Shown: piece after piece, positions 53,915 through 64,000 of the stretch | Position numbering within the stretch: the stretch's first letter is position 1 | How the letters are laid out: the number at the start of each line of letters is the position of its first letter | Assembly: GCA_965226885.1 (NCBI GenBank) | Contig: CBDDEL010000015.1 | Location: forward strand, 1-64,000 | From: Opitutales bacterium | Lineage (GTDB): Bacteria > Verrucomicrobiota > Verrucomicrobiia > Opitutales > UBA2987 | DNA: 64,000 nucleotides | Direction: 5' to 3' | Translations under genes and position numbers: made by a program | The notes under the pieces: model-generated | Databases searched by the model: none | Told to the model about the DNA's origin: nothing | The model's input: the letters and a program-made list of their open reading frames with translations, nothing else

Positions 53915-54038
53915 ACGTTATTCCACTTTCTTTCTTATGCGATAAAGGAATTTTGTCCGGCAATCAATGAGGATTATAAAAAATTTGCCGCTTTTCACTT
54001 GTGGACAGACAGGCAGGTCGATTGCCGTGTTGATTTAT

Positions 54039-56543
54039 TTACAGCAAATCGGGGTCGATGAGAATCTCTCGCGGTTTGGAACCGTTGTCCGGGCCGACAA
54101 TTCCTTTGTCCTCCAGTTGCTCCATGATGCGGGCGGCCCGGTTGTAGCCGATTTTCAATTTGCGCTGCAGCATAGAGGTGGATGCCCGTTTGGTGTTGCG
54201 CAATACATCGATGGCGTCCGGCATGAGCTTGTCGGCATCTTCATCGACACTATCTTCCTCGTCCTCTTCGCCTCCTCCGGCTTCCACCGTTTGGTGAAAT
54301 TGTTCATCGATATCGGGTGGTCCGTTCTTTTGTAGAAATTCGACGATGTCTTTGATCTCCTCGTCGGCCACAAAGGCTCCCTGGGAGCGCACCATGTCGG
54401 CCGATCCTGGAGGCAGGAAGAGCATGTCCCCATTGCCGATGAGGTGGTCGGCGCCCATGGAGTCAAGAATGGTGCGGCTGTCCACTTTGGAGGCCACCTT
54501 GAAGGCGATGCGGCTTGGCAGATTGGCTTTGATGACCCCGGTGATGACGTTTACGGATGGCCGCTGGGTGGCAATGATGAGATGAATACCGGCTGCCCGT
54601 GCCAGTTGGGCCAGGCGGGCCACGCAGGTTTCGATGTCCGCCGGAGCGACCATCATGAGGTCCGCCAGCTCATCCACGATGCAGATGATGTAGGGCAGTT
54701 TGTCGGGAATTTCGATATCGCTGTCTCTGGGCACCACGACCTGGCTGACGGCGGCCCGTTCTTCGGGCGTCATGTCGGCCTCGCTGGATTGGGCTTCGGC
54801 CTGGGCTTTTTTGTCCTTGGCCCGTTTGGCATTGAAAGAGGCGATATTGCGAACCCCTTCCTTGGCGAATATCTGGTAGCGTTTTTCCATCTCACCGAGG
54901 AGGTATTTAAGCGCTCCGGGCACTTTTTTGGGGTCCGTCACGACGGGTATGAGCATGTGGGGCAGATCGTTGAAAAACTGCATCTCCACGATTTTCGGGT
55001 CCACCATGACAAAGCGCAGGTCTTCCGGACTGGAGTGAAAAAGGAGGGAGGTAATGATGGCGTTGATGCAGACCGTTTTGCCAGAGCCGGTGGCCCCGGC
55101 GATGAGCAAGTGCGGCATTTTGGAAAGATCGGTGACGAGGGGCTTGCCGCTCACTTCCCGCCCCAGGACTATCGGTATTTCCGCTTTGCTCTCGGCCCAA
55201 CTGGTCGATTCGAGGATTTCCCGCATGGTTACGGTGGCGGCTGTTTTGTTGGGCACCTCGATGCCCACGCAGCCTTTGCCGGGGACGGGGGCGAGGATGC
55301 GCACCGAGGCGGCTTTCAGCCCCAGGGCTATGTTTTTGTCCAGATTGATGATTTTTTCCACCCGCACCCCAGCTGCCGGATGCACATCATAGCGGGTGAT
55401 GACCGGGCCGGTGTGGATTTCTCCAAGGGTGACCTTGACGCCAAATTCGGTCAGTATCCGCTCCAGATCAAGGGCTGTGTTCTGAAAGTCCTCGGCAGCC
55501 GATTCTGGAAGTTCGGGCGGTTCCTTCAAGAGATCTAAAGGAGGGAACAGGTAATCGCCCTTTTTTTTGGGATGGCTCACACTGGCTTTTTTCGGTTCTT
55601 CCCCGGTTATGATTTTCAGTCCGTCCGTCTTTTTCCCGGCATCGGCCTTGGGGTCAGGCTTTTTCTTTGGAGAGGATTTTTTGGCGCCACCAAAGGAAGC
55701 CAGAAAATCGTCCCCGCCAATATCTGGTTCGAGTTCTTCATCCTCCTGCTTGGATTCCGAACCAAGGCCCACCTTAAATTTTGTCGTTGAGGAGACTGGT
55801 TTTGCGGTCACCTTCGGTCCCGGTTTGGGTGCCGAAACGGCCTTTTCGGCAGCTTCTTTTTCTTTAGCCGCTTGAGCTTCCTGGGCCTCTTTAAGTGCCT
55901 TTTCGGCTTCTAATTTCTTTTCGGCATTTTCTTTCTTCCTCGTTTTCCAGGTTTCGAGGAACTTTCGTGGAGAGACAACATTTTTTCCCAGATTATCGCT
56001 TAATATTACGCCGGTGCTGGTTAAAAAGAGGAGTATCAATATAAGAAAGCTCCCGAAATACCCCATATTATTTTCCAGCAAACCGCTGAAAAGGAGGTCG
56101 CCGAAGTATCCGCCGGAACCTGATGTATAATAGTTGGGGTCGAGGTTTTGCAGGTTGAGGGCATCGAAGAACCCGGCGCCGGAGACCAACCCAAGGATAA
56201 TGGAGCCAACCTTTATATTATCAACTTTATGGCGTTGGGAAAAAAAATACATGTAGCTGCCCCACATCATGTAAAGAGGCAGAACCCAAGCTGTCACTCC
56301 AAGGAGCTGAAAGGAAAAAACGGTAAAGTAAACGCCGAATTTGCCCACCAAGTTTTCCACCGGCTGGTTTGAGGCCACATGGTATTGCTCCGGTTTATAA
56401 TCGAGCAGCGAGACCAACATAAGCACGGCAATGACCAGTAAAATGAATCCTACAAACGGCCGCGCCCGGGCGTCTTTCGAGTGAAAGGTCGGCTTTTTTT
56501 GCGGTCGTTTATTGCGTGGCCGCTTTTTCTTAGCTCGCTTCAT
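54039..56543 (-). CDS. ftsK: DNA translocase FtsK
   Basis: N-terminal TM region; PHLLIAGATGSGKT, VDELADLMM, LAQLARAAGIH; gamma domain IGYNRAAR. Confidence 0.97.
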   Translation of the reverse strand: MKRAKKKRPRNKRPQKKPTFHSKDARARPFVGFILLVIAVLMLVSLLDYKPEQYHVASNQPVENLVGKFGVYFTVFSFQLLGVTAWVLPLYMMWGSYMYFFSQRHKVDNIKVGSIILGLVSGAGFFDALNLQNLDPNYYTSGSGGYFGDLLFSGLLENNMGYFGSFLILILLFLTSTGVILSDNLGKNVVSPRKFLETWKTRKKENAEKKLEAEKALKEAQEAQAAKEKEAAEKAVSAPKPGPKVTAKPVSSTTKFKVGLGSESKQEDEELEPDIGGDDFLASFGGAKKSSPKKKPDPKADAGKKTDGLKIITGEEPKKASVSHPKKKGDYLFPPLDLLKEPPELPESAAEDFQNTALDLERILTEFGVKVTLGEIHTGPVITRYDVHPAAGVRVEKIINLDKNIALGLKAASVRILAPVPGKGCVGIEVPNKTAATVTMREILESTSWAESKAEIPIVLGREVSGKPLVTDLSKMPHLLIAGATGSGKTVCINAIITSLLFHSSPEDLRFVMVDPKIVEMQFFNDLPHMLIPVVTDPKKVPGALKYLLGEMEKRYQIFAKEGVRNIASFNAKRAKDKKAQAEAQSSEADMTPEERAAVSQVVVPRDSDIEIPDKLPYIICIVDELADLMMVAPADIETCVARLAQLARAAGIHLIIATQRPSVNVITGVIKANLPSRIAFKVASKVDSRTILDSMGADHLIGNGDMLFLPPGSADMVRSQGAFVADEEIKDIVEFLQKNGPPDIDEQFHQTVEAGGGEEDEEDSVDEDADKLMPDAIDVLRNTKRASTSMLQRKLKIGYNRAARIMEQLEDKGIVGPDNGSKPREILIDPDLL

Positions 56544-56639
56544 GGGATGGTTGAATCACTAAATATGAGGCGGTTGACCGCTTTTGACAAGACAGATTGC
56601 AGGTTGACCCCATTTTCTGGGGTGAATAAGTTCTGGTAA

Positions 56640-57623
56640 ATGAGTAATTTTACTCTTTTCCAACCAATTTATCAAGAACGAGTTTGGGGAGGCAAAGGCC
56701 TACAGACTCATCTAGGACGGACCCTGCCGGCAGATAAAAGCATTGGAGAATCCTGGGAAATTTCCGACCGCCCGGAAGCCACATCCGTTATGACGAGCGG
56801 AAAATTAAAGGGACTGACTTTGCCCCAAGCCCTGGCCATGGAAATACACGCCAATTATCTGATGGGGCCCGCATACCGCGCCGGGCGTCCTTTCCCATTA
56901 TTGGTCAAATGGCTCGATTGCCGCGAACGCCTCAGCCTGCAAGTGCATCCCCCCCCCGAGGCAGCCGCTTCCCTGGGGGGCCAGAGCAAAACGGAAAATT
57001 GGTACATGGCAGCCACCGATCCCGATGCCGAGGCTGGAGCCCATATTTTGGCGGGGCTTAAAAAAGGGGTCACAAGAGCCCAATTTGAAGCCGCTATGCA
57101 CAATAACGGGCTGGAAGAGCTGGTTCACAAAATCGGCGTCTCGGTGGGTGACTCCATGTTCGTCCCAAGCGGTCGTATTCATGCCATCGACGCCGGGAGC
57201 CTCATTCTTGAAATCCAGGAAAACTCGGATACCACCTACCGGGTATATGATTGGAACCGTCGCGGTCTCGACGGGAAACCACGGCAGCTCCATATCGAGG
57301 AATCTCTGCAATGCATCGATTGGAACGATGTTGAGCCACAAATACTGCATCCCGACAAGCAGGCGAGGGAGCAAACTTTGGCTGATTGCCGCAGGTTTCG
57401 CATTCGCCTGTTCCACCTGAAGCCTGGAGAGGAAGCAATCACTCTACCGGGTCGGGAACAGGCTCGGCTGATCCATGTCGTATCCGGTTGCCTGCGGGAA
57501 AGGGAATCCGGCAGCCGGTTGAAAAAGGGTGATAATGCTCTGCTGCCTTACGAAGAAGCCTTTTGCTTGCAACCGGTCGAAGAGACGGTGGTCTTGTTAA
57601 CCGACAACTTTTCCGAGTCCTGA
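56640..57623 (+). CDS. manA: Class I mannose-6-phosphate isomerase
   Basis: VWGG, GESWEIS, FPLLVK.LD, LSLQVHP, EIQENSDTTYRVYD. Confidence 0.9.
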   Translation: MSNFTLFQPIYQERVWGGKGLQTHLGRTLPADKSIGESWEISDRPEATSVMTSGKLKGLTLPQALAMEIHANYLMGPAYRAGRPFPLLVKWLDCRERLSLQVHPPPEAAASLGGQSKTENWYMAATDPDAEAGAHILAGLKKGVTRAQFEAAMHNNGLEELVHKIGVSVGDSMFVPSGRIHAIDAGSLILEIQENSDTTYRVYDWNRRGLDGKPRQLHIEESLQCIDWNDVEPQILHPDKQAREQTLADCRRFRIRLFHLKPGEEAITLPGREQARLIHVVSGCLRERESGSRLKKGDNALLPYEEAFCLQPVEETVVLLTDNFSES

Positions 57624-57624
57624 A

Positions 57625-58437
57625 ATGATATTCACAATCGTTAGAAAAACCATGGGCTGCCTGTTCAGCCTCTTGTTCCTCGTTTTATTATTGGCGGGCG
57701 CCCTGGCCGTGGCCGGGTATTTCATGTTGCCCGCATATCTGGAATACAAGCTGGAAAAACAGACTGGGTTCCGAGCCGATTTCGGAAATATAAGCCTGCA
57801 TTTGAAGGAGGGCGCTCTGGAAATTAGAGATGCCAAAATAGAAAACCCCGTTTCTTATCCCGAAACTGTTTTTATCGACATCCATCGCATTAAAGTGGAT
57901 TTGCGCCCCATGAGTATTCTGGGTGAGCGTTGTATTTTTCAGGAGGTGTTGGTGGAGATCAATCAGGTCGCTTACGTCACGGGTTCCGATTCCGAAAATA
58001 ATATTGCCGCTTTTATCAAAGCGTTCGAAACGGCAACCGAGGACGGGGACGAGGCAGAGGAAGTAGTCGAGGAAGGGGAAGAACCCTACCAGTTTCTCAT
58101 CGAACGTCTGTCGATTAAAGTGGATTCAATAAAAGTGGCCAACTACTCCGGGCAGTCGCCCCGCGAGCAAAATCACGATGTCAACATCGAGATCGAATTG
58201 CGCGATGTGGCCGACGTTAAAGAAATCATACAACCATTGATGGCGGAACTCTCCAAGGAAGGCCTGGTCTTTGTGATAAAAGGAGTCGTAGAATCTCTGA
58301 ACCGGGATGAAAGCTACAAGGGGTTGCTGCAATGGACTGCCGAAGCTATTGAAGATAGCGTTAAAACTATCCTCGACGGAGCCGATGAAACGAGCCAGGC
58401 GTTGAAAAAAATATTTGAAAAACTTTTAAAAAATTAG
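57625..58437 (+). CDS. Membrane-anchored AsmA-like hypothetical protein
   Basis: N-terminal TM anchor followed by beta-rich GALEIRDAKIENP pattern. Confidence 0.55.
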   Translation: MIFTIVRKTMGCLFSLLFLVLLLAGALAVAGYFMLPAYLEYKLEKQTGFRADFGNISLHLKEGALEIRDAKIENPVSYPETVFIDIHRIKVDLRPMSILGERCIFQEVLVEINQVAYVTGSDSENNIAAFIKAFETATEDGDEAEEVVEEGEEPYQFLIERLSIKVDSIKVANYSGQSPREQNHDVNIEIELRDVADVKEIIQPLMAELSKEGLVFVIKGVVESLNRDESYKGLLQWTAEAIEDSVKTILDGADETSQALKKIFEKLLKN

Positions 58438-58452
58438 AAACTGGCCGGTTTT

Positions 58453-58508
58453 TATTTATCCCAGATCACAGACATGAACCTATTTATCCCAGATCACAGA
58501 CATGAACC
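58453..58508 (+). repeat. 28-bp perfect tandem duplication (TATTTATCCCAGATCACAGACATGAACC x2) spanning the grpE start
   Basis: Read directly. Confidence 0.95.
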
Positions 58509-59092
58509 AAGAGAAAACAGAAAACCAAGTCGAATCAGAAAATGCCTTAGCCGATGAAACCGTTGATGAAACTCCGGAAATGGTGGAGGATTTTCATGGT
58601 GAATTGCTTAAGAAACTGGACGAAGCCCAGTCAGAGGCTCGTGAAAACCGAGATCGTTATTTGCGGGCTGTGGCGGAACAGGAAAATTTTCGCAAGCGGG
58701 TGGTGCGGGACAAAGAACAGCTTCGCAAATATGGGGCGGCCCTCCTGCTGGAAGACATGCTGCCCATTCTGGACAGCCTGGCCATGGGGCTGGAGTTGGC
58801 CGGTAAGCATCCCGAAGCCAAACCGGTCGCGGATGGCTTTTCCATGATTTTCAGCCAGTTGCAATCGCTCATCAAGCAACATGGAGTCATCGAACTCAAT
58901 CCCCAGGGTGAAAAATTCGATCCCCATTTTCATGAAGCCCTGGCGCATCAACCGTGCGAGGAAGTGGAAGAAGGCAAAATAATGGCCGTTACGCGCATGG
59001 GTTACCGGTTGCACGACCGGCTCTTGCGGCCGGCCTCAGTTGTGGTATCCTCCGGAGGGTCCAAGCCCGAAACCGAGGAATCATCCAACTAA
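58502..59092 (+). CDS. grpE: Nucleotide exchange factor GrpE
   Basis: [37 protein letters not shown]. Confidence 0.95.
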   Translation: MNQEKTENQVESENALADETVDETPEMVEDFHGELLKKLDEAQSEARENRDRYLRAVAEQENFRKRVVRDKEQLRKYGAALLLEDMLPILDSLAMGLELAGKHPEAKPVADGFSMIFSQLQSLIKQHGVIELNPQGEKFDPHFHEALAHQPCEEVEEGKIMAVTRMGYRLHDRLLRPASVVVSSGGSKPETEESSN

Positions 59093-59115
59093 AGCTTAAT
59101 TTAGGCAACCCGATC

Positions 59116-60252
59116 ATGGCCACGGAAGATTATTACAGCCTCTTGGGCGTTTCTAAAGACGCCACCACAGAGGAGATTAAAAAGGCTTACCGCAAAAAAG
59201 CGGTTCAGTATCACCCGGATAAAAATCCTGGAAAGAAAGAGGCCGAGGAGATGTTTAAAAAAATCTCGGAGGCCTATGAAGTCCTCAAGGACGCAGATCA
59301 ACGGGCTACTTATGATCGCTATGGTAAGGCCGCTTTTCAGCATGGCGGAATGGGCTCCAGAGGCGCGGGGGGATTTCATGATCCTTTCGATATTTTTCGC
59401 GAGGTCTTCGGCGGCGCCAGCAGCGGCGGCATTTTCGAAGAATTTTTCGGAGGGGGAGAAAGTTCCCAGGGGGGCTCCCGGCGCGGTTCCGACCTGCGCT
59501 ACGATCTGGAGATAACATTGAGCGAAGCTGCGCGCGGAGCGGAAAAGAAAATTTCCTTTCGACGCGCGGTGGCCTGCGATGTTTGCAGCGGTTCCGGCGC
59601 TAGCCCGGGTTCCCAGGCCACCACTTGCGCGACTTGCGGCGGCCACGGCCAGGTCATGTCGCAGCGGGGATTTTTCAGCGTTCGCCAAACCTGCCCCACC
59701 TGCTCCGGTCAGGGAGTGGTGGTGGACAAACCTTGCAAAAATTGCCGCGGCGAAGGCCGAATGACCAAGAACAGCCAGATCAAGCTGCGCATTCCCAAGG
59801 GTGTCGATACCGGTTCCAAACTGCGTTCGGCGGGCAATGGAGAAGCCGGCATGAAGGGCGGCTCGGCGGGTGATTTATACGTGGTCATTCATCTCAAGGA
59901 GCACGAAATATTTGAACGGCATGGGGATGATCTGCTGTGCGAAATCCCCATCAAATTTACTCTCGCCGCCATTGGCGGAGCCATCGACGTACCTTCCTTG
60001 GAAGGCAGGGTTTCTTTAAAAATCCCCGCCGGCACCCAAAGCGGGACGACCTTTCGCCTCCGCGGGCATGGCATGCCCAACCTCCGCAGCGGCCGCAAGG
60101 GGGAACAATTCGTCCGCGTGCATATCGAGGTGCCGACCAAGCTAAATGCCGAGCAGCGTGCCAGGCTGGAAGAATTTGCCGTGGCCAGCGGCGATGCCGA
60201 GCACCCCGTGGGGGATTCTTTTCTCGAAAAAGCTAAACGATTTTTCGATTAA
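59116..60252 (+). CDS. dnaJ: Chaperone DnaJ
   Basis: J domain HPD; G/F region; four CxxCxGxG repeats. Confidence 0.97.
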   Translation: MATEDYYSLLGVSKDATTEEIKKAYRKKAVQYHPDKNPGKKEAEEMFKKISEAYEVLKDADQRATYDRYGKAAFQHGGMGSRGAGGFHDPFDIFREVFGGASSGGIFEEFFGGGESSQGGSRRGSDLRYDLEITLSEAARGAEKKISFRRAVACDVCSGSGASPGSQATTCATCGGHGQVMSQRGFFSVRQTCPTCSGQGVVVDKPCKNCRGEGRMTKNSQIKLRIPKGVDTGSKLRSAGNGEAGMKGGSAGDLYVVIHLKEHEIFERHGDDLLCEIPIKFTLAAIGGAIDVPSLEGRVSLKIPAGTQSGTTFRLRGHGMPNLRSGRKGEQFVRVHIEVPTKLNAEQRARLEEFAVASGDAEHPVGDSFLEKAKRFFD

Positions 60253-60261
60253 AACCAATCC

Positions 60262-60801
60262 TTGTTCGCAACCAACCCAGTTCCGGTGAAAAAACTTCCC
60301 AACGCCAAATGGCTGACCCTCGAGGAAGCCGTCAAACGCCGAAGGCAATTAAAAACGGATGGCCGGAGCCTGGTCATCACCAACGGCGCCTTCGATCTGC
60401 TCCATCCCGGCCATCTTTACTATTTGCAGAAAGCCTCCGACCTGGCGGACCAGCTATGGATTCTTCTCAATAGCGACGAAAGCGTAAAAATGCTGAAAGG
60501 GCCCAATCGTCCCTTGCAGAATGAAGCGAAGCGGGCCAATGCCCTCGCCGCCCTAGAGTTTGTTGACAGTATTATCACGTTTCAGGCCATGAGGCTGACG
60601 GCGGAAATCGAGGCTTTGAGCCCGGACATTTACGTCAAGGCCGGTGATTATACCCTGGACACTATCGATCCAGACGAACGCAGGGCGCTCGAAAAAACCG
60701 GCGCGAAAATAGAATTTCTTCCATTTCTGGAAGGCTACAGCACGACAATACTGGTGGAAATAATCTATCGAGAGTTAGGAAATCCATTTGGGATAGAGTG
60801 A
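60262..60801 (+). CDS. RfaE-type heptose-1-phosphate adenylyltransferase (cytidylyltransferase family); start uncertain
   Basis: TNGAFDLLHPGH, NSDESVKMLKGPNRP, YVKAGDY, YSTT. Confidence 0.85.
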   Translation: MFATNPVPVKKLPNAKWLTLEEAVKRRRQLKTDGRSLVITNGAFDLLHPGHLYYLQKASDLADQLWILLNSDESVKMLKGPNRPLQNEAKRANALAALEFVDSIITFQAMRLTAEIEALSPDIYVKAGDYTLDTIDPDERRALEKTGAKIEFLPFLEGYSTTILVEIIYRELGNPFGIE

Positions 60802-60868
60802 TCTGAGGCATCAGCGATCCCTTTTTTTGGCATTGCTCAGTTATTTTGAAATCCCAATATTAACGATT

Positions 60869-61558
60869 ATGGATGTATTTGAAGCTATCACGGACCGGAT
60901 CTCAACCCGCGCCTTTTTAAACAAACCGGTGCCGCGGGAATTGATTTACAAAATTCTCGATGTTTCCCGATGGGCCCCTTCGGGCGTTAATGTGCAGCCC
61001 TGGCATGTTGCGGTGGCTGCCGGAGCGGCAAAAGACCGGATCGGCAGTGCTATAGTGGAGGCAATTGAGTCGGGGCAAAAGTCCAATCCGGATTATCAAT
61101 ATTACTGCCATAAATTTTGGGAGCCATATAGGACACGCCGCTTTGAATGCGGGTTGGCCTTATATGGAGCGCTCGATATCGATCGTAAGGATGTTGAAAG
61201 ACGCAAGGAACAGTGGATGAAAAATTACGACGGCTTCGGCGCTCCGGTGCAGTTGTATGTTTTTATCGATAAAGATTTTGCCAAGGGTTCGTGGACCGAT
61301 ATGGGAATGTTTATCCAGAACATTATGCTGGCGGCTCGGGGCTGTGGTTTGGAAACTTGTCCCCAGGCCTCTTTGGCGGAATATCCCGATATCGTTCGAG
61401 GCCTGTTGAATATCCCCGAAAATCTTAGCCTGATATGCGCAATCGCGGTGGGTTATTCGGATAAAGACCATCCGGTCAACAATTACCGGACGGAACGGGT
61501 TTCGGTCGATACTTTCACTCAATGGCATGGTTTCGAAGAAGCCTCCCGGGGAAATTAA
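60869..61558 (+). CDS. Nitroreductase family protein
   Basis: RISTRAF, APSGVNVQPW, FGAP, GLETCPQ. Confidence 0.9.
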   Translation: MDVFEAITDRISTRAFLNKPVPRELIYKILDVSRWAPSGVNVQPWHVAVAAGAAKDRIGSAIVEAIESGQKSNPDYQYYCHKFWEPYRTRRFECGLALYGALDIDRKDVERRKEQWMKNYDGFGAPVQLYVFIDKDFAKGSWTDMGMFIQNIMLAARGCGLETCPQASLAEYPDIVRGLLNIPENLSLICAIAVGYSDKDHPVNNYRTERVSVDTFTQWHGFEEASRGN

Positions 61559-61615
61559 ATTCCGAGGGTAGATTAATTTTGACAGCTTAAACGGGTTCCT
61601 GAAGATGCTTGCGAT

Positions 61616-62437
61616 ATGACTGGAGAAGAATTGCGAAAAGCTTTGCATGATGGCCGGCGTGTTTACGGAACCGCCATCGTTTCCCCCTCACCGCGCTGGC
61701 CGGAAGCGGTCGCCCGAAGCGGACTGGATTTCGTTTTTATCGACACGGAGCATATCCCAATCGACCGGCATCAGCTTTCCTGGATGTGCCGCGCCTACCG
61801 GGCCTTGAATGTGGCTCCCGTTGTGCGGGTACCGGCCCCAGACCCCTATCAGGCATGTATGGCGCTGGACGGCGGAGCGGCCGGTGTCATCTTCCCCTAT
61901 GTGGAATCGCCGGATGAGGTTCGCGCGCTTTGGGAAGCCGTACGGCTGCGGCCCCTGAAGGGCAGGCAGGCCCACGAGGTGACCTCCGGCCAGGCTGTTC
62001 TATCGCCCGAACAAAAGCATTACCTGGATGATTTTAACCGCCATAACGTGCTCATTGTAAATATTGAAAGCCGTACCGCCATGGATGCCCTCGACGACAT
62101 TCTGGCGGTTGACGGGCTGGATGCCGTATTAATTGGTCCTCACGATTTATCCATTAGCTTGGGTATTCCCGAGGAATACGGCCACCCGGATTTCGATGCT
62201 GCCGTAAAGGAAATTATTGGTAAAGCGCGTGCCCGTAATGTAGGAGCCGGCATCCATTTTTCGAATGGCTTTGAACCGCAGATCGAATGGGCGCGCGCGG
62301 GATCGAATTTGATTATCAACTCGAGCGATCTCACATTGTTTTTGCAGACTATCGGAAGTCAAACCAGGGAAATGCGGCGACTGCTTGACGGTTCCGAGTC
62401 TTCAAAGGAAACCTCTTCTGCAGAAGATGTTATTTAA
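61616..62437 (+). CDS. HpcH/HpaI class II aldolase
   Basis: DFVFIDTEH, ALDGGAAGVIFP, NIES, LIGPHDLS. Confidence 0.9.
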   Translation: MTGEELRKALHDGRRVYGTAIVSPSPRWPEAVARSGLDFVFIDTEHIPIDRHQLSWMCRAYRALNVAPVVRVPAPDPYQACMALDGGAAGVIFPYVESPDEVRALWEAVRLRPLKGRQAHEVTSGQAVLSPEQKHYLDDFNRHNVLIVNIESRTAMDALDDILAVDGLDAVLIGPHDLSISLGIPEEYGHPDFDAAVKEIIGKARARNVGAGIHFSNGFEPQIEWARAGSNLIINSSDLTLFLQTIGSQTREMRRLLDGSESSKETSSAEDVI

Positions 62438-62503
62438 AGTAAAAGCAATGGGGCAAATTTAAGATCGATTTTCGATCAATCCGCTTTTCAATCTGGTTAT
62501 ATT

Positions 62504-64000
62504 ATGGCGAAGATGACCGGAGCCAAATTCATTGCCGAGACTTTCAAAGGTTATGGTGTCACGCATGCTTTTTACATGCCTGTTATCATGCCGCGAACCA
62601 TCATGGAAATGGAAAAGATCGGCATTCGCTGCACTATGGCCCACAGCGAAAAGCCGGCCGTATATATGGCTGACGCCTATGCCAGGATCCGTCGGCAAAC
62701 GGGTATTTGCATGGCCCAATCCGTTGGCGCCGCCAACCTGGCCGCTGGGTTGCAGGATTCTTACCTAGCCTGCACGCCAATCATCGCCTTGACCGGTCGC
62801 ACGACCCAGATCGGCTAATACCGCAACGCTTACCAGGAGGTCGATCATTTTCCTTTTTTTGAGGCCGTCACCAAACACAACAGGCTGGTCGGCAAAACGG
62901 AACAGCTTCCCTTTGCCCTGCGCCAGGCCTTTCGTGAGGCGACCTCGGGAACTCCCGGCCCGGTCCACCTGGACATGGAGCACATATTCGGGGATTTCAT
63001 TTCGGATGGAGAGGCTGACATGGAGGTTGTCGTGGAGGAGCCTTTTACCCACCTTCCGCCCTTTCGGCCAGAACCAGAATTGGAGACGGTTCGGGCGGCC
63101 ATCACCTTGTTGACGGAAGCGAAACGCCCCATCATTGTGGCCGGTGGCGGAGTTACCGCCTCACGGGCCCAAGCCGAAGTCGTGGAGTTGGCGGAAATAC
63201 TGTCGGCCCCGGTGGCTACTTCGCTCAATGCCAAAGGAACGATACTGGACGCGCATCCTCTCTCGGTTGGAGTGTGCGGTTCTTATTCCCGCAGTTGTGC
63301 CAACAAAGCTGTGGCGGAGGCGGACCTGGTTTTCTTTATCGGCAGCCGCACGGGAAACCAGGTGACCAATGAATGGACGATTCCTGCCCCAGGAACAGCC
63401 GTCATACAAATCGACATTAACCCCGCGGAAATCGGCCGCAGTTATGCAACCAAAGTTGCCATGCAGGGAGACGCCAAAGCGGCCGTGGCCAGACTGCTTG
63501 CCAACATGGGACGCCAACCAGATCGCACGGCATGGACCCAACGGGCGCTACAGTTGGTTGTCGAGTGGCGTGAAGCGGTGGCCCCGGTGGCAAGCTCCGA
63601 TGTCGTGCCCATCCGCCCGGAGCGCCTGTGCAGGGGAATTACGGAATACCTGCCATCCGACGCTATCTTCATTTCGGACACCGGCCATGCGGGTATTTGG
63701 ACCGGCGCTATGATTGACCTGAAACATCCGGAGCAAACCTACATTCGCAGCGCGGGCTCGCTCGGTTGGAGTTTGCCAGCCTCTTTCGGGGCTAAATGCG
63801 CGGCGCCAGATAGGCCTGTTGTTTGTTTTACGGGAGATGGCGGCATGTGGTACCACTTGCCGGAATTGGAAACCGCACTACGTTATGGCATCAACACCGT
63901 AACCGTTGTGAACAACAATCATTCACTCAACCAGGAACAAGAGATCAGCGAAAGGGTGTTTGGAGGTAGAACCCCCGGCTCCGATGCCATGTGGGTCTTT
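62504..64000 (+). pseudogene. Acetolactate synthase-like TPP enzyme with an in-frame TAA; runs off the window
   Basis: HSEKPAVYMADAYAR; TAA at 62816-62818, then the same frame continues YRNAYQEVDH...GPVHLD...GDGG...NN. Confidence 0.85.

Noticed and set aside
58502..60252. grpE-dnaJ without dnaK as a novel arrangement
   Set aside because: Split dnaK loci occur in several phyla, and dnaK is probably elsewhere in the genome.
62816..62818. Selenocysteine or pyrrolysine recoding
   Set aside because: The stop is TAA, not TGA or TAG, and the position is not a catalytic Cys site.
1..64000. CRISPR array, cas genes, rRNA, tRNA, prophage or defence island
   Set aside because: I saw no regularly spaced repeats or recognisable genes; all long repeats are IS copies.

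Overview
A bacterial chromosomal segment, probably Verrucomicrobiota/Opitutae-like (inferred from gene content such as DUF5069 and grpE-dnaJ without an adjacent dnaK; not verified). About a quarter of the window (~16.7 kb) is insertion sequence: 5 IS1380, 2 copies of one IS3 element, one complete and one partial IS407-group IS3 element, 2 IS1, 1 IS21 and 1 IS630. There are four nested insertions and at least 7 broken host genes. The rest is housekeeping and metabolic genes (folD, ahcY-like, guaA, gpt, rfbB, hflX, ppdK, tatC, ribBX, glgP, mutL, ftsK, grpE, dnaJ and others). I found no CRISPR array, rRNA, tRNA, prophage or recognisable defence system, and no complete novel multi-gene system. The best leads are: (i) a pseudoknot-capable non-coding element at the 3' end of every IS1380 copy; (ii) a stem-loop motif shared by the 3' ends of unrelated IS21 and IS3 elements; (iii) repeated perfect 6-28 bp tandem micro-duplications, two of which span start codons; (iv) an SAH-hydrolase homologue and a serine-hydrolase homologue with altered catalytic motifs; (v) a predicted secreted, Cys-rich fusion of two thioredoxin-like domains.
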